From the NCBI GenBank assembly GCA_030704615.1, contig CM060731.1, forward strand, positions 22,568,001 through 22,632,000: a stretch of DNA of 64,000 nucleotides, read 5' to 3'. The stretch is from Takakia lepidozioides. Taxonomy: Eukaryota; Plantae; Bryophyta. Made by a program: the position numbers and the translations under genes. Numbering within the stretch: the first letter of the stretch is position 1; every line of letters begins with the position of its first letter. Under the pieces are notes generated by a model, which saw only the letters and a program-made list of their open reading frames with translations, did no database searches and had not been told where the DNA came from. This document shows positions 1 to 12,695 of the stretch, piece after piece.

Positions 1-3000
1 TCAGGAAACTGGCGCCTTACGTAAAGGGAGTCAGTTATTGTTCGTGGATGGGATAATATCTGGAACTAACGTGTCGTTGTTGGTGGACACAGAAGCGTCG
101 CACTCCTTCATGACACCGGCAACAGCACAAAAGCTGGGACTCCCGACAAGTGGGGGCCTCTATTGAGGTGCGTTCTGCCAAAGGAGAACCGCAATTGGCG
201 ACAAGGTTGGCGTTTCATGTTCCTCTTCAACTGGGGAGTTGGGAGGGACGTGAGAATTTCACCATCTGCGAGATCGATGGAGTAGATCTCATTTTGGGAT
301 GACCTTTTTGAGCAAATCCGGAGCGGTCATAGATGGCCGCAAGAGAGTAGTCACGCTGCCATGTGGGAATGGTGGCGAGGTCTTACGAGTGTCGGAAACG
401 CCCAAACCCGTGGGAGGGCGAATAAACCTCCTGTTAGCAAGGGAGTGGGCCGTGGAGGAGGCACACGAGCCCCAGTTTTTGCTCTACATTAGAGAAGTGA
501 AGGGAGAAGGCGATGGGGAGCCGAGCCCAAATTGGATCAAGGGGATTTTGGAGAAATACCAGAATGTGATGCCGGAGGATTTACCAAGCGGCTTGCCACC
601 GCGAAGAGGAGTTGACCACAAGATTGAGGTGATACCGGGATCGGAACCGCCTGCCAAGGCGCCCTACCGGTTGAGCCACAAAGAGTTGGTCGAGTTGAAG
701 ACTCAACTCAAAGATCTAATATCAAAGGGGTACATCCGGCCGAGTAAGTCACCTTACGGAGCCCGGTGCTATTCGCAGACAAGAAGGATGGGACGCTGCG
801 GATGTGTGTCGATTACAGGGCTTTGAACAAGGTGACTATAAAAAACCGGTACCCTTTGCCAAGGATCGACGACCTTTTCGATCGGTTGGTAGGAGCGAAG
901 TATTTCAGCCGGATCGATCTGCCCTCCAGCAATCATCAAATTCGAGTGGCGGAAGGAGATGAGGAGAAGACCGCGTGCAAGACAAAGTATGGTTCATATG
1001 AGTTCTTGGTGATGCCTTTTGGACTCACCAACTCTCCCGCGACCTTTAGCACGATGATGAACAGCCTTTTCCAGGAGTGGTTGGATGACTTTGTGATCGT
1101 GTACATCGATGACATCTTGGTGTATTCGAAAACAAAGAAGGAGCACCTGGAGCACCTCAAAAGGGTGTTCTAGAAATTGCGGGAAGGGAAGCTGTATGCC
1201 AAAGCTTCAAAGTGCGAATTCGGGGTCACAAAAGTGGAGTTCCTGGGGCATGTGATTACACAGGATGGGATCAGAATGGATGACGTGAAGGTGAGGGCAA
1301 TCTTGGACTGGGAGCCTCCGACTTCGGTCCCGGGAGTGCGATCCTTCCTAGGACTCGCCTCCTATTACCGGAAGTATGTGAGAAATTTTGCCAAGATCGC
1401 GGGGCCGCTGTCAGACCTTCTGTGTAAATCCAAAGTCTGGGCATGGAACACCTTTTGTGGCCAAGCTTTTGCTGAATTGAAGCAGCGGATGACGGAAGCT
1501 CCAGTCTTGAAAATCCCGGAGTTCGATCGTCCGTTCGAGATCCATACAGATGCGTCGGACTTCGCGATTGGGGGTGTACTGATGCAAGATGGACGTCCAG
1601 TGGCTTACAAAAGTAAGAAACTGAATGAAGTGGAGCGACGGTGGCCGACGCACGAGAAAGAGATGAAGGCGGTGGTGCACTGTCTTGAGCTTTGGCGCCA
1701 CTATGTTGGTTCCAACCCAGTGAAGGTGTTCACGGACAATGTCACGGTGAAGTATTTTGCCACGCAACCCAAGTTGTCCCCAAACAACTTAGGTGGCAAG
1801 ATACTTTGGCGGTGTTCGACGTGGATATCCAGTACAAACCGGGACGGGACAACGTGGTGGCCGATGCTTTAAGTAGAAAGCAGCAGCTAATATTGGTGTA
1901 CAGGGGCGAGACGGCGCTCCAAAAGAAGATCCGGAAGGCTTGCCGGAAGGATGAGCTGGCGAAGTCCGTGATGCAGGACTTGAGGATGGGGGTTAAATCG
2001 CAGTTTCACTTGCAAAATGGACTGCTCCGGTATAAGCAAAAGCGTCTCTACGTGTCGAAGGGAGGGATCAGAGATAGCCTCTTGAGAGAATGCCATGATA
2101 GCCCGCTTGCGGGCCACGGCGCAGCCAAGCGCACTGCGACACTCTTGAAGAAAGAGTATTTCTGGCCCAAACTGAGGGAGGAGGCAGAGGAGTATGTCAA
2201 GACAAGCACCACATGCCAACAAAACCGGAGCGAGTACAAAAAGCAAGCGGGGCTGTTACAACCCTTGCCGATTCCAGAGGGGACTTGGGAAAGCGTCTCG
2301 ATGGATTTCATGACTGCTATGCCGCTGTCAAAAGGATTCGATGCAATCATGGTGGTGGTGGATAGGTTCAGTAAAATGGGCCATTTCACCCCACCAAGGA
2401 GACGGCAACGGCGCAAGAAACAAGATGACTTTACTTCGCCCACGTCTTAAAGTATCATGGAGTCCCGAAGGATATTGTCTTGGACCGCGATCCAAAGTTT
2501 ACGAGTAAATTTTGGAGGGCACTTTGGAAGAAGATGGGGACGAGGCTGAAGATGAGCACCGCCTTCCGACCTACGACCGACGGCCAAACGGAAAGAGTGA
2601 ATTCCGTAGTGAAGCAGATCTCGGAGGAATTACGTGTCGGTAGACCAAACAGACTGGGTGGAACACTTAGACGCGACAGAGTTCTGTTATAATAACACAG
2701 AACACTCCGCAACGGGAGTTTCCCCTTTCGTATTGGTCTATGGAAAAGCACCTCTGGTGCCGACAAGTTGGGCCGCCCATGACGTTGAGGAACCGGTAGT
2801 AGCGGCGGTACTGGAAGAATGCGAGCGTTTGTTGAAGCTCGCAAAGTACAACATTGCCAAAGCTAGGAAACGGTATGAAAGACAGGCGAATCGGAAGCGG
2901 AGGGAAGTGAAGTTTGAGGCAGGCACGGAGGTCTGGTTGAACATCAAGAATTTCCGACTACCTCCGGAAGTGAGTCCAAAGTTCGTACCTCCATATGCGG

Positions 3001-3368
3001 GACCCTTTCGCATCCGGAAGATTATGAATGAGGATGTGTATGAATTGGAACTGCCGGCAAACAGCAAGGTGCATCCAGTAGTCCACGTCTCCCTTTTGAA
3101 GCCTTACTTCAAAGATGAAGCGCGTCCGAATCGGCATCAAGTGTTGCGTCCGCCACCTGTGCTGTTGGATCATGAAAATGAACCTGAGTATGAGGTGGAG
3201 GCAGTACTTAAGTCGAGGAGGTTCAAGAACCGAGAAACGGAGTATCTCGTCAAATGGAAGGGCTATCATCATGTGGAGGCATCTTGGGTGCGTGCCTCAG
3301 AAATGGGAAACGCATCCGAGGCGGTTGCAGTTTTCGAAGGGCGACCTCAAAAGCGGAAGAAGCGTTGA
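1..3368 (+). mobile_element. Ty3/Gypsy chromovirus LTR retrotransposon pol region (protease, RT, RNase H, integrase, chromodomain); degenerate, 5' part outside window
   Basis: Successive frameshifted ORFs give RT ([15 protein letters not shown]), RNase H (IHTDASDFAIGGVL), integrase zinc finger (CHDSPLAGH), integrase core (SMDF..VVVDRFSK, TDGQTER), GPF motif and C-terminal chromodomain (YEVEAVL..EYLVKWKGY...SW). In-frame stop at 1171-1173 plus several frameshifts. Confidence 0.95.
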
Positions 3369-3402
3369 TGGGGACATCAACCTTGGAGCGTGGGGGAGGA
3401 AA

Positions 3403-4997
3403 TGCATGCTTAGCCCGGCTTAACTAGCTTAGGAATCCGATTGCAAAAACTTGTATTGTACAAAAATTTGTTATAAAGGAAATGGGTTCCAAATATTGTG
3501 CGTCCTATTTTGTTTGGAATGGTGATGCATAGTGTGGTTGGCTAGTGTGTAGAATGCATGCTAGCTTACAAAAGTGGGAGAGGTAAATTGGGTTAATCGT
3601 GTGTTTGCGCAGTGCCGAAATCGGGTGACTCCCATCCAAGGGGCAAGGAAACTTGCGCCTTCTTTAGGAGTTCACGTGCTAGTGCGCACCTGACGCGTGC
3701 GCATACTATAACTGCGTTACTGAGGGGGTTGCTTTGTAGTGCGGGCTAACGCGGAAGCTACGTGCTTCCATTCACGTACTATAATCGTGTAGCCTCGGGA
3801 CGAAGTCGTAGTGCGGCTTCGGCGTGTTCCCGTACCTCAGGCCAACATTCCAAGGCGGACCCAATTGTAGTGATTGGGGCGCGCGGTTGGTTCAAGGATA
3901 TCTTCCTAGTCAAAGAGGGTTCGAGGTGAACCCTTGCTCAAGGTGATGCCAAAAGCGGCATCATGAGCGGTCGCAAACAATGTTGTTGCAGTAAGGCGAT
4001 TCGATCCTCGGGAGGATCGTTCCTTGGCCTTGAAGTAGGCCAAGAAGAGTGCACTGGGAGGAGCTTGAGAGGCTCCACCCTTGGCCGGGACTTGGAGGAA
4101 GTCGGCCGAACTAGCTAGTGGAGAGTAGAGTCAAGTGTGGGGTTTGACTCTTTGCCATGGGACGCCATGGTACGGAAATAAACTCCTTGATGTGGGACGC
4201 CACAACTTGGATGTTCGTTTCCACAAAATGGACAAGCCGATGAGGACATCGACTCCCTGTTGGTAGGGGTGTGTGTCACGGCCCTTTGCCTTGAGGGCAA
4301 GGGGTCGGGACACAAGAGGGGCTGCCCCTGTGGTGGGGGCAGTGGCAGCGATAGGTATGGGGGGCTGAAGCACCCTTGAGTGCCCAAGCACTCAAGGAGG
4401 CGGAGGCGCTCACTAGGTGGAGCCCCGCACACCGGGTCGCGGTGGGGGTGGCTCCACAAGGGGTGGTGGTAGCTTAGCGGGACTTAGTGGGGGTGGCATA
4501 TGACTCACCCTGGGGCAGAGACCTCGTGGTGGGAGTCGTGGGGAGTCTTGGGACTCATCACGGTCCATAGGGGCCGTGGTGGGTGGGCCAAGACTCACCG
4601 CGACTCATCACCGGGAGTCGAGGGTGTTCGTGGTGGTTCGCCATTAAATGGCATGGTTGTTTGTGAAACCCCCGCGGATAGCTACAGAAGTATATATAGG
4701 GAGTAGTAACCCCGAGAACGGTGCAAACCCGTTGGTGACCAAAAACAAGTGAGTAAGCGAGCGAGCCGGAAAGCGACCAAAGAGTGGGGAGCTGTTCCGG
4801 ACTGCCAACTACCAAAGGGAATTCCGCTGGTTCCAAATCGTTGGAGGGTTCTTTGGGAGATCAAAGCGGGACCATTATGCCCCGGTGAGCAGCCGGAGCT
4901 CCAAGTTGGCCCGGCGGCTAGGTTGGGAGTTAGGCGCGCGCATCAAGCGAGTAACTATGACTTGAGGGGGGAGCTTACCGAAGTGAGGTGCGCGACA
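3403..4997 (+). repeat. Probable 3' LTR (~1.6 kb) of the chromovirus
   Basis: Follows polypurine tract GGGGGAGGAAA (3392-3402). Begins TG and ends GCGCGACA just where MULE-derived sequence begins. TATA-like TATATATA near 4691. The 5' LTR is not in the window, so ends and TSD cannot be confirmed. Confidence 0.7.
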
Positions 4998-6936
4998 ATC
5001 GTTGTATCCAACATCAGATTATGCAATCCTCCATGTATGGTTCCGAGCGCCGTGCCACATGCAGCACTATGAGTCCATCCTGCAAGTCGGGATGAAGCAA
5101 CTTCAGCACTTTCACTTGGTGTTTGCACAAATTGCCTTTAATTGCCCATGGGCAAGTGCAAGAAGCCCAATCCGATCCAGGGTTGTAAACAATGTAGGTT
5201 GTGTCTGGGTGATTGCTGCTTAGCACATACGCTGGTTGTCATTCCACCAAGGGTAGAGTCACATTGCTCGCTGGAATGTCCCTGGCCGCTAGCACAGAGC
5301 TAGATATGTACTTTTCATGTTTGTCATTGCGTATGAACCCATGCGTCTTCAAATGAATTGCGTACTAGTAGTGTGTGAGCACACGGCCCGTGAGTTCCCA
5401 TATTAGCCAATCGACTCTTCGACCAGTCATTTTGCCTTTCCCCATCCTCAGTCTAGCCTTCAAGTTTCCATGGTATGCCTCAATGCTAGCATTTGTGTCT
5501 TGACTGGCATGTGGAACATGACGAGCAACAGTACACCACATTGCTATTTTAGGACACCATTCCTTGTCGATGTACTTTAAAAATTCCCGGGCATTCTGAT
5601 ATTTCTTTTTCATGTCCCTGATTGTTTTGGCAATCCATAGAAGCGTTTTTTTTGGGATCACTTGGTCCACCTCTACAGTACATGAGGTCTCCCATATCCT
5701 TCAACACGTTTGCTGTTGTGACGGGACTCGCGCATGCGAGTCTCTCAGGGAACTGTCGCACGCGACTCTGCCACAGACTCTGCCAAAGCACACTATGACG
5801 ACAGTTGTATGCCAGAGGACTTCGACAGTGGGTGTCTGTTGAGGTATGGAAGACTCACCTTATAGCGTTGATTTCAGCTTCCACATCATCGACAATGAAG
5901 GCATTGGGTCGCCAGGTCGGCATATCTGCGTGGAGTCGGTCACGCAAGGCTGTCATCCACGGTACCAGGTCTGTTGTCCTATTCCTGGTGGATATGATGT
6001 ACGCAACTGGTATACTGTTCAGCCACTCGTCGAAAACCATCAACGTGTACAATGGGAACTGTTCAGATGCACTATGTCACTATGTCCGACCCAGGCTTTC
6101 AATTCCTGGCTAATGCGGGGTGTGTAGGCTGCCCGTGTGTTCCTGAACTCTGCGGTCTTGCCATGGGAGGGTTTCCCTAGGGCATCGACGTGCTCCATGT
6201 TGTTGTAGTATGTGAGGACACAAATGTCCGGGGCAAGATAAGATTGCTGCACTTTGAAACAACAAAGGCACCTGCGCTTGTACGACTCTCCGTAGTCCGA
6301 CTTCTTCCTTCTTGGGCCTTTATGCGGGTGTTTAGTGCTAGCACCCACATCCGGACCTCCACGCTTTTGTTTTGGATCCTCGACAGTTGCATTGACCGTG
6401 CACTTGTCGTCGGGTCCGTAGCAGCATTGATACCTATCAAATGGAATTCAAAAGCCAAAATATCAACCTATGGACTTATGGAAGCCACAGTCGGAGACAA
6501 ATACAAATCACAACAACAATGCACTGAGATCCCTAAACCACAATGAGGATGGTGCACACATGATACTGCTCAAGAAGGTGTTCCCTTTGGGAGCTTTCCG
6601 CACTCCGGCGTCCACTTTACTGTGCACATGTACCCAATATTGAGTGGGGCAGTCCTCCACACTCTCCTCTCCATGGACGAAGTCCGCAACTCTATCCCAA
6701 GGTATACAGGCCTTTTTAACACGCACTTGCACCCCCCTAAACCCATATTGCGTTTTACACTTCCAATGGATGTCCTTATTGTTGAAAGGTCCTGGTTTCA
6801 GTGTTTGCAGACTTTGTCGAAGAGAGCGTATAAGCCGGCTCTCAAATTGCTGAATGTCGTCGGCTTCCGCTCCTACGTCCATGCCCTGTACAGTGCAGAA
6901 CACACGCTCCAGAAGAACTTGCAACAAAAGCGCCAC
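4998..6936 (-). mobile_element. Degenerate Mutator-like (MULE) transposase with SWIM zinc finger
   Basis: Collinear fragments: YTLMVFDEWLNSIPVAYII...NAFIVDD..AEINAI (MULE DDE core), DTNASIEAYHGNLK and SWIM CTCPWAIKGNLCKH, broken by stops and frameshifts. Confidence 0.85.
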
Positions 6937-7525
6937 AGGACACGATGGAGAACGTGCACGGAGAAACAGGACCCATGTTTACAGCTGGTGGCAGATGGCA
7001 AGCAGCAGAGATAAGGCCCTAAATTGGAGGGCTGCGATGGGATTCGTCGTGGATGGCCCAGATCTTGCGGGCGGGCGGACACGCGGACACGCGGACTAGA
7101 GGGAGCGGACTTGCCGCAGCGGACTAGCCCCAGTGGAGCGGCCGGTGGACGGAGCCCGGGAGAGGCAGCCGCGGCTGGTGCAACCGCGGTAGCAGCGGCG
7201 GGCGGGTGGGCGCGGGTGGGGGGGCGCCCCTCGTCCGGACGAGGGGCCCACCGTCCTTCTCGCACGCTTGCGTTCATGACCCTATTATTGTAAAATGAGA
7301 GGCCACAAACAATAGTATCATCTGGACCATCTCGATAATGCAAATCGCACAAAGCACATGACAATGACAAGAACAAACACCACCGATTCGCAATCTACAC
7401 ACTATCTACATTTAGCCCGAGTCGGCTCGTCCTTTCACTATGATCTTCAAGCTCAGCCTGACTTGGCTCTCCATTTTAAAATATAATTTTGTATTGACAG
7501 GAACAACCTCTAGGAAGTTTGCTAA

Positions 7526-7965
7526 GGGTTACCTTCCATGTAAACCCAATCCCGTTACATGACGTCGTCCAAAAATGGGTTTGACCACATGTCATATCCA
7601 TGGACCATGGGTCACATCCATTCACACCCATTTCCATGCACCACCGTGGAACTAAATCCGTCTGGTGGATCCACAGGCACTTTTGCACGTGTGTGACCAA
7701 AAAAGTCTTCTTCCTCGCACCCTTAAGGAAGGTGACATATTTAGCAAGTCATGGGAGGAAAAATACTGGCTGGTGTAGGTCAACCATGGAGAACGGACCG
7801 TACGCCCAACGCCTCACCAGAAGTGAGGGCTCCGCTGCATGGGACCCGACCAGGCCCTGCACAGGTCTGACATCCATGGAAGTGCATGGAAGAGGGTGCA
7901 TGGACCCATTTCCCCTTTGTGTGACATCAGCACAACGGGAGAACGGGTCACATGGAAGATAACCC
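7526..7965. mobile_element. Tourist-like (PIF/Harbinger) MITE, 440 bp
   Basis: Imperfect TIRs GGGTTTACCTTCCATGTAAACCC... and ...GGGTCACATGGAAGATAACCC, flanked by TAA on both sides (7523-7525, 7966-7968). No recognisable coding capacity. Confidence 0.75.
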
Positions 7966-9480
7966 TAAGCCGGTGGGTTTGTCTTAAAGTATTTCCCCAA
8001 GACGAACAAGATGCAACGTCATTGCTGTGTGGTTGGCTGCCGCCGCTTCACTAATCAACCAACTCCAGAATGGTAGGCTGTCCGGCGCGGCTCACAACAA
8101 TAGTGGGCCCTCCTCCTTGCAGTACTTCACTAGTTCAAGTTTTGCCTCGGTGATGGGCCGGACATGAAGCAGATTCTGCTCCAAAGACTTCATATTCCCA
8201 TCTTCACCAACCTCCCGAGCTTGTCACTGTTCATAACCACCGTTTCTTGTTCCAAATCGGAAGCCCATGCAACTGGACAATGAACATACTGCATGTAAAA
8301 CCTTGACAAAGCTATAAGACCTACGAACCTACGAGCTTCATTATTGATGACATGTTTGGCTTCAATTCGGAGGCCCATGGCTCATTCCAGACCACTGAAC
8401 GAACTCCTTTCGCTGGTTTTCCAACGTGATTATAAGTTTGCTTAGGGTGCCATCATTATAGGCCATTCGCACGGAGGCAATGAGCCTAGTTATTTTTTGA
8501 ACTCAGTCCGAGTTTCGACTGCTGATCTGCACTTCAATGCGTTAAACCTACACATCAGCCTCCAAAGACCGACCGTATGGCAGAACGCATAATTGACATC
8601 ATTTGAGCTACAAACCAGGAGTCCATGCCGTTGCGTTCTCTGTGCTCTTTTCTTCCTGTTGTCCTACTAGCCTCTCCACGGCCTATTCGCAACTCTGGGC
8701 ATTGGCCACTCCGTTCTAGTACGTTGGATACTGAAAACAAGTGCACCAACATGCTCTTTGGCTGCGGAAAAGCTCCGTAACTACTACGTGTGGTTGTTGC
8801 CTCACTGCCCTTGCTAGACAGCCAACGCTCACACCAAAACCTGTTCTTATATACCGCCTGTTGGTGGCTGGTTGCAGACTGCCTCGTCCCTGCACTGCAT
8901 GTCTTGCATCTAGGATGCTGAAACTTCATTATTACCCCTACAACATCCTCTGTTTAGTGCCATCACTTCCACCACCATAGTGACAAGGAAATTACTATGA
9001 GCAGCTTATATGTGAACATACCCATAACCCAAAGCATGCAATTTTTTTTTTTTTTTTCCTAAACTATAAATTACCTCAATATGAGTAATTACTTCAAGTG
9101 CTATTTTTCCACTCAGTCTTGCACTCAATCAACTGAGCTCACATCTCTCTCGAGTGATTTCTCACTCAAAAACCACTCATGAAATCACCAAACCACTCAT
9201 GTCTAGTTAAGCCTGGGCCTATGCTATGGGGAATCCACCCGATAACAACCTATTCTCCCATACAATACATTCATATAGTCTTACGTGGGATACCGCTGGG
9301 TCGTGTAGGCTCAACTTGAGAGAGATTAGCCTCATGACCATGAGCGTGAGAATAAGACGTTTCAGGTGTCAAGCTAAACTTGACACCTGACTTAGCACTT
9401 GAACTAATTTCAAGTGTTAAATACAAAATAACTAGATTTATTCTAGTTAGTTTCACATTGTAATTAATTTAACTTGACAT

Positions 9481-9552
9481 AGGCTTTTTGGGTAGATACT
9501 GCTGGATTTTGGCATACTTCCCTGTATATTTGACCATCATTTCGTCTACGCG
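9481..9552 (-). mobile_element. piggyBac transposase remnant, first catalytic Asp motif
   Basis: Translates RVDEMMVKYTGKYAKIQQYLPKKP, matching the piggyBac pattern VDE.M..F.GR....QY.P.KP. Confidence 0.8.
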
Positions 9553-10034
9553 GCAATCAGAACTTGGTAGATTGCTGAAATGAAGTCAAGAAGAAATACA
9601 AACAAGAAGCACTACTATGATACACTGGAGGTAGGTCATGACTGATTGTTCTGAGCGGGCTGAATGCTTAGAGGTATCCAACTCTTCAATCTTGGAGTTC
9701 CCTCCACGGATAACGAAGGGATGGGTGAATAAAAGCCGCTCGACAATCTGCAGCAATGTCAGCATGTTCTCCAGTAAACTTGTGATGACAAGTATAGTGC
9801 AACGGACAAATGAGCTTGGTGATATTATCATTATGAGCTCTTCTGTAAAGTAGAAACCAGCTATGATGTTGTGCTTGCTACGTTGATAGATCAACTAAAA
9901 GCTTCAAGCAGCCACACTGAAACTTGCTACCAAATAAATGTGCACCTCAGTACAACACCACAAATAGGGAGTCACATACTAAAACAAGGCTCTATGAAGT
10001 TGCTTTCTTTGAGAAGCTATTGAGCTATCCTCCC

Positions 10035-11030
10035 TTAATGCAAAGACAATCTCCTCAGCTCAGCATGTATTTTCTCAATATGTGGATGTGATTTGTCATC
10101 TACACAGAACTCATGCACCTGGTTCTCCACCTCAATGCAGCTGTGCCCTGGCTCCTTTCTCACACCTGCATCCTTCATCATCTTTCTTACCTTTGCTTGA
10201 TCATCCCACCTCCCAGCAGCAGCGCAACATATTGGATAGGAGCACATAAGATCCAACATCTTCTGGATTGCCTTGAGAAGGCATTTTGTAGTTTTGCTCG
10301 ATCCATATCGTTGATGAAGTATGCAGGCAGCAGCACCTGGTTCAAATGGCATTCTCTCGATGAAGCCCTCTGCCTTATCCAATTGTCCTGCACGGCCAAG
10401 AAGATCCACCATGCAGCCAAAATTCTCAGCAGTAGGGGTGACGCCATGATCCTGACTCATGGAATCAAAGTGGTGACTGCCTTCATCCACCAAGCCCACA
10501 TGGGTACATGCAGAGAGAACACATACAGAGGTGATACCATTTGGCTTCCTTCCTGTTGCATTTGTTCAAATAGTTGGAGGGCTTCCCAACCACACGCATG
10601 CTGGGCATACCCCGTAATCATTGAGCTCCATGAGACCACATTCCCTTGGGCCATATTGTCAAACACTTTGACGTGCATCCTTCAAGCTCCGGCATTTCCC
10701 ATACATGTCGATACGAGTATTTTCCAGAATGATATCTGGAGCAATTTCAAAATGATTATATCCCCATGGACCTTTCTGCCCTTGTCCAATGCTACCAAGC
10801 CTGCACATGCACTGAGAACACAAGTGAATGAGACCTTATTGGGTGTCACCCCATCCCACATCATTGACTCATACATCTGAAAAGCCTCTCTACTCTACCC
10901 ATGCTGAGCATATCCTGCAATCATTGCATTCCATGAGACAACATTCCGTACAGCCATATTGTTGAGCACTTGACACGCATCCTTCATGCTCCCGCATTTG
11001 GCATACATGTTGACAATGGCAGTCTTGAGA
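10035..11030 (-). pseudogene. PLS-E(+) PPR pseudogene fragment
   Basis: Frameshifted pieces [60 protein letters not shown] and [28 protein letters not shown]. Closely resembles the intact PPR genes further downstream. Confidence 0.9.
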
Positions 11031-11074
11031 ATGAACGACACCGTGTAGAGAGAACTGAGTGAAGCTGTGGAATG

Positions 11075-11862
11075 AATGTTTTGTTCAGGTTGATAGTAAC
11101 GTGCATACAAGGGGTTCTGGGCATCATTAGCCAGGAGGTCTTTTTGCAAACTTATCATAACTAGGCTGCGCACTGTCCATAAACAACATGCTCGTTATCA
11201 ACAAGATGGATGCATCGCAGGATGGCCTCCCATCGGTTCCTACTCATAATCTTGCCAATAGATGGGCATTGGAAGATTTCATGGTTTGCTTTCCAGTATT
11301 ATGAAGTTTCTTCAGGCCCATAAGAATATAAAAAGCCAACTAGGCCCTCAATTCCCTCATTGTCACATGATACCAAGACCTCCCCTCCTTGCGTCTTCCT
11401 TCTTGGTTCAAAAATTGAGCATATAGGTTTGTCATCATGCAAAATTTACGCATGATAAGCATGGGCCAAAACAGATTGAAAAAATCAATCAGCCTAGCAT
11501 TTTCACCCAAAGGTAGTCTACCTTTGCAACATCCGGCCTCCAGTCCATATTACCTTGGGAATTAGCTCATAACTCGAATTCCACATGTCGTCCTTGAACT
11601 TGTCACTTGCTGGCCAATTCTGCCAGTCAATAGGTAAATTATACAAACCAAGTTCACGAGTGGACAAACCATTGTCCACACAGAAATCATGCAAATCAGG
11701 TTCATCAGCAGCTTTTAGGTTGGTTCTCACCTCTTCAACAGGATCAAAGTCAGAATCACTGTCATCATTTTCAAATTCCCCATTTGATTTCGAATCCTCT
11801 TCCCACAAGAGGAACCCCAAGCATATCTCCACAGAGCACGCGCGGACATTATAAAGTACCAT
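11075..11862 (-). mobile_element. piggyBac transposase remnant, N-terminal half
   Basis: Manual translation gives an acidic N-terminus, then IDFFNLFWP..MRK..TNLYA..W..VT.RELRA*L..ILMG..YW..IF.CP.IGKIMSRNRWEAILRCIHLVDN..YDKFAK..YYQPEQNI, the typical piggyBac (DDE_Tnp_1_7) order, with stops and frameshifts. Confidence 0.8.
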
Positions 11863-11899
11863 TTCACTTCATTTCATTTCCTTTTAGTGCATCTATCCA

Positions 11900-12695
11900 A
11901 GGCAGACTCAGACCTGTGTGCAACTGGCTCAGAAAGTAAGAAATGAAATGAAATTGTATGGTACCTTATAACGTCCGCGGAAAGCTCAAAGAGCTTATGG
12001 GACAAAATGAAGAAAAACATGAGAGAGGAAGAAACAGAGATTCTAAGAATGGAGCCCAGACCTGAGAAAGATTTCAAAGATGAACAAAAGAGAAATAAAT
12101 AATCCAAAGTGAAAGAGAAAAAGCCTGCAAAGCAAGCAAATCCGAGCTCACTGATCCTTTAGTGTTTGCAGTGTAGTAATGCCTGAGTCTCTTGAATAGT
12201 GGAATCTACTTTCACTCATAATAAACTTTGAAATTCATTTATTTAACAGAGATGTTACCTAAGGGAGGTGTTACTTGGAGAGGCTCATCATGGAATAGTT
12301 TTCAGCAAAGGAGCGGAGGTGACACCTGGGAAAGGCACAACGGTGCCTGGCAAGTTTGGATACTGATGTTAGGGCCGGGCCAGTTTTCCGACGTCCTAAG
12401 ACATGGTCAAGCTCAAAAGAGCCACCATTATCGCATCCTAACACAACCTTTTTGGCATTCCCTACCTGGCCCTTTTTGCTAGGGAGGAAACGGCCAAATA
12501 GAGAAGAGCGGGATATGTGATTTCATGCGCGCAGCTGGGATACATGAATGATGTGCCCTTTAGTGGTCAGGTCCCCAGCTAGGCTACACCCATAATATCT
12601 TTTTTCCAATCTTCTAGCAGATAGTCAATGCAACCGACTCAGGTGGTTCACAGAAGTGTCCAAAATTACAACCGGGTTTGGCTTAACTAGTCTGT
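11900..12695 (-). repeat. Inverted copy of ~24825-25945 (with internal deletion)
   Basis: For example, 12001-12110 is the near reverse complement of 25741-25855, and 12391-12480 of 24962-25052. Confidence 0.85.
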
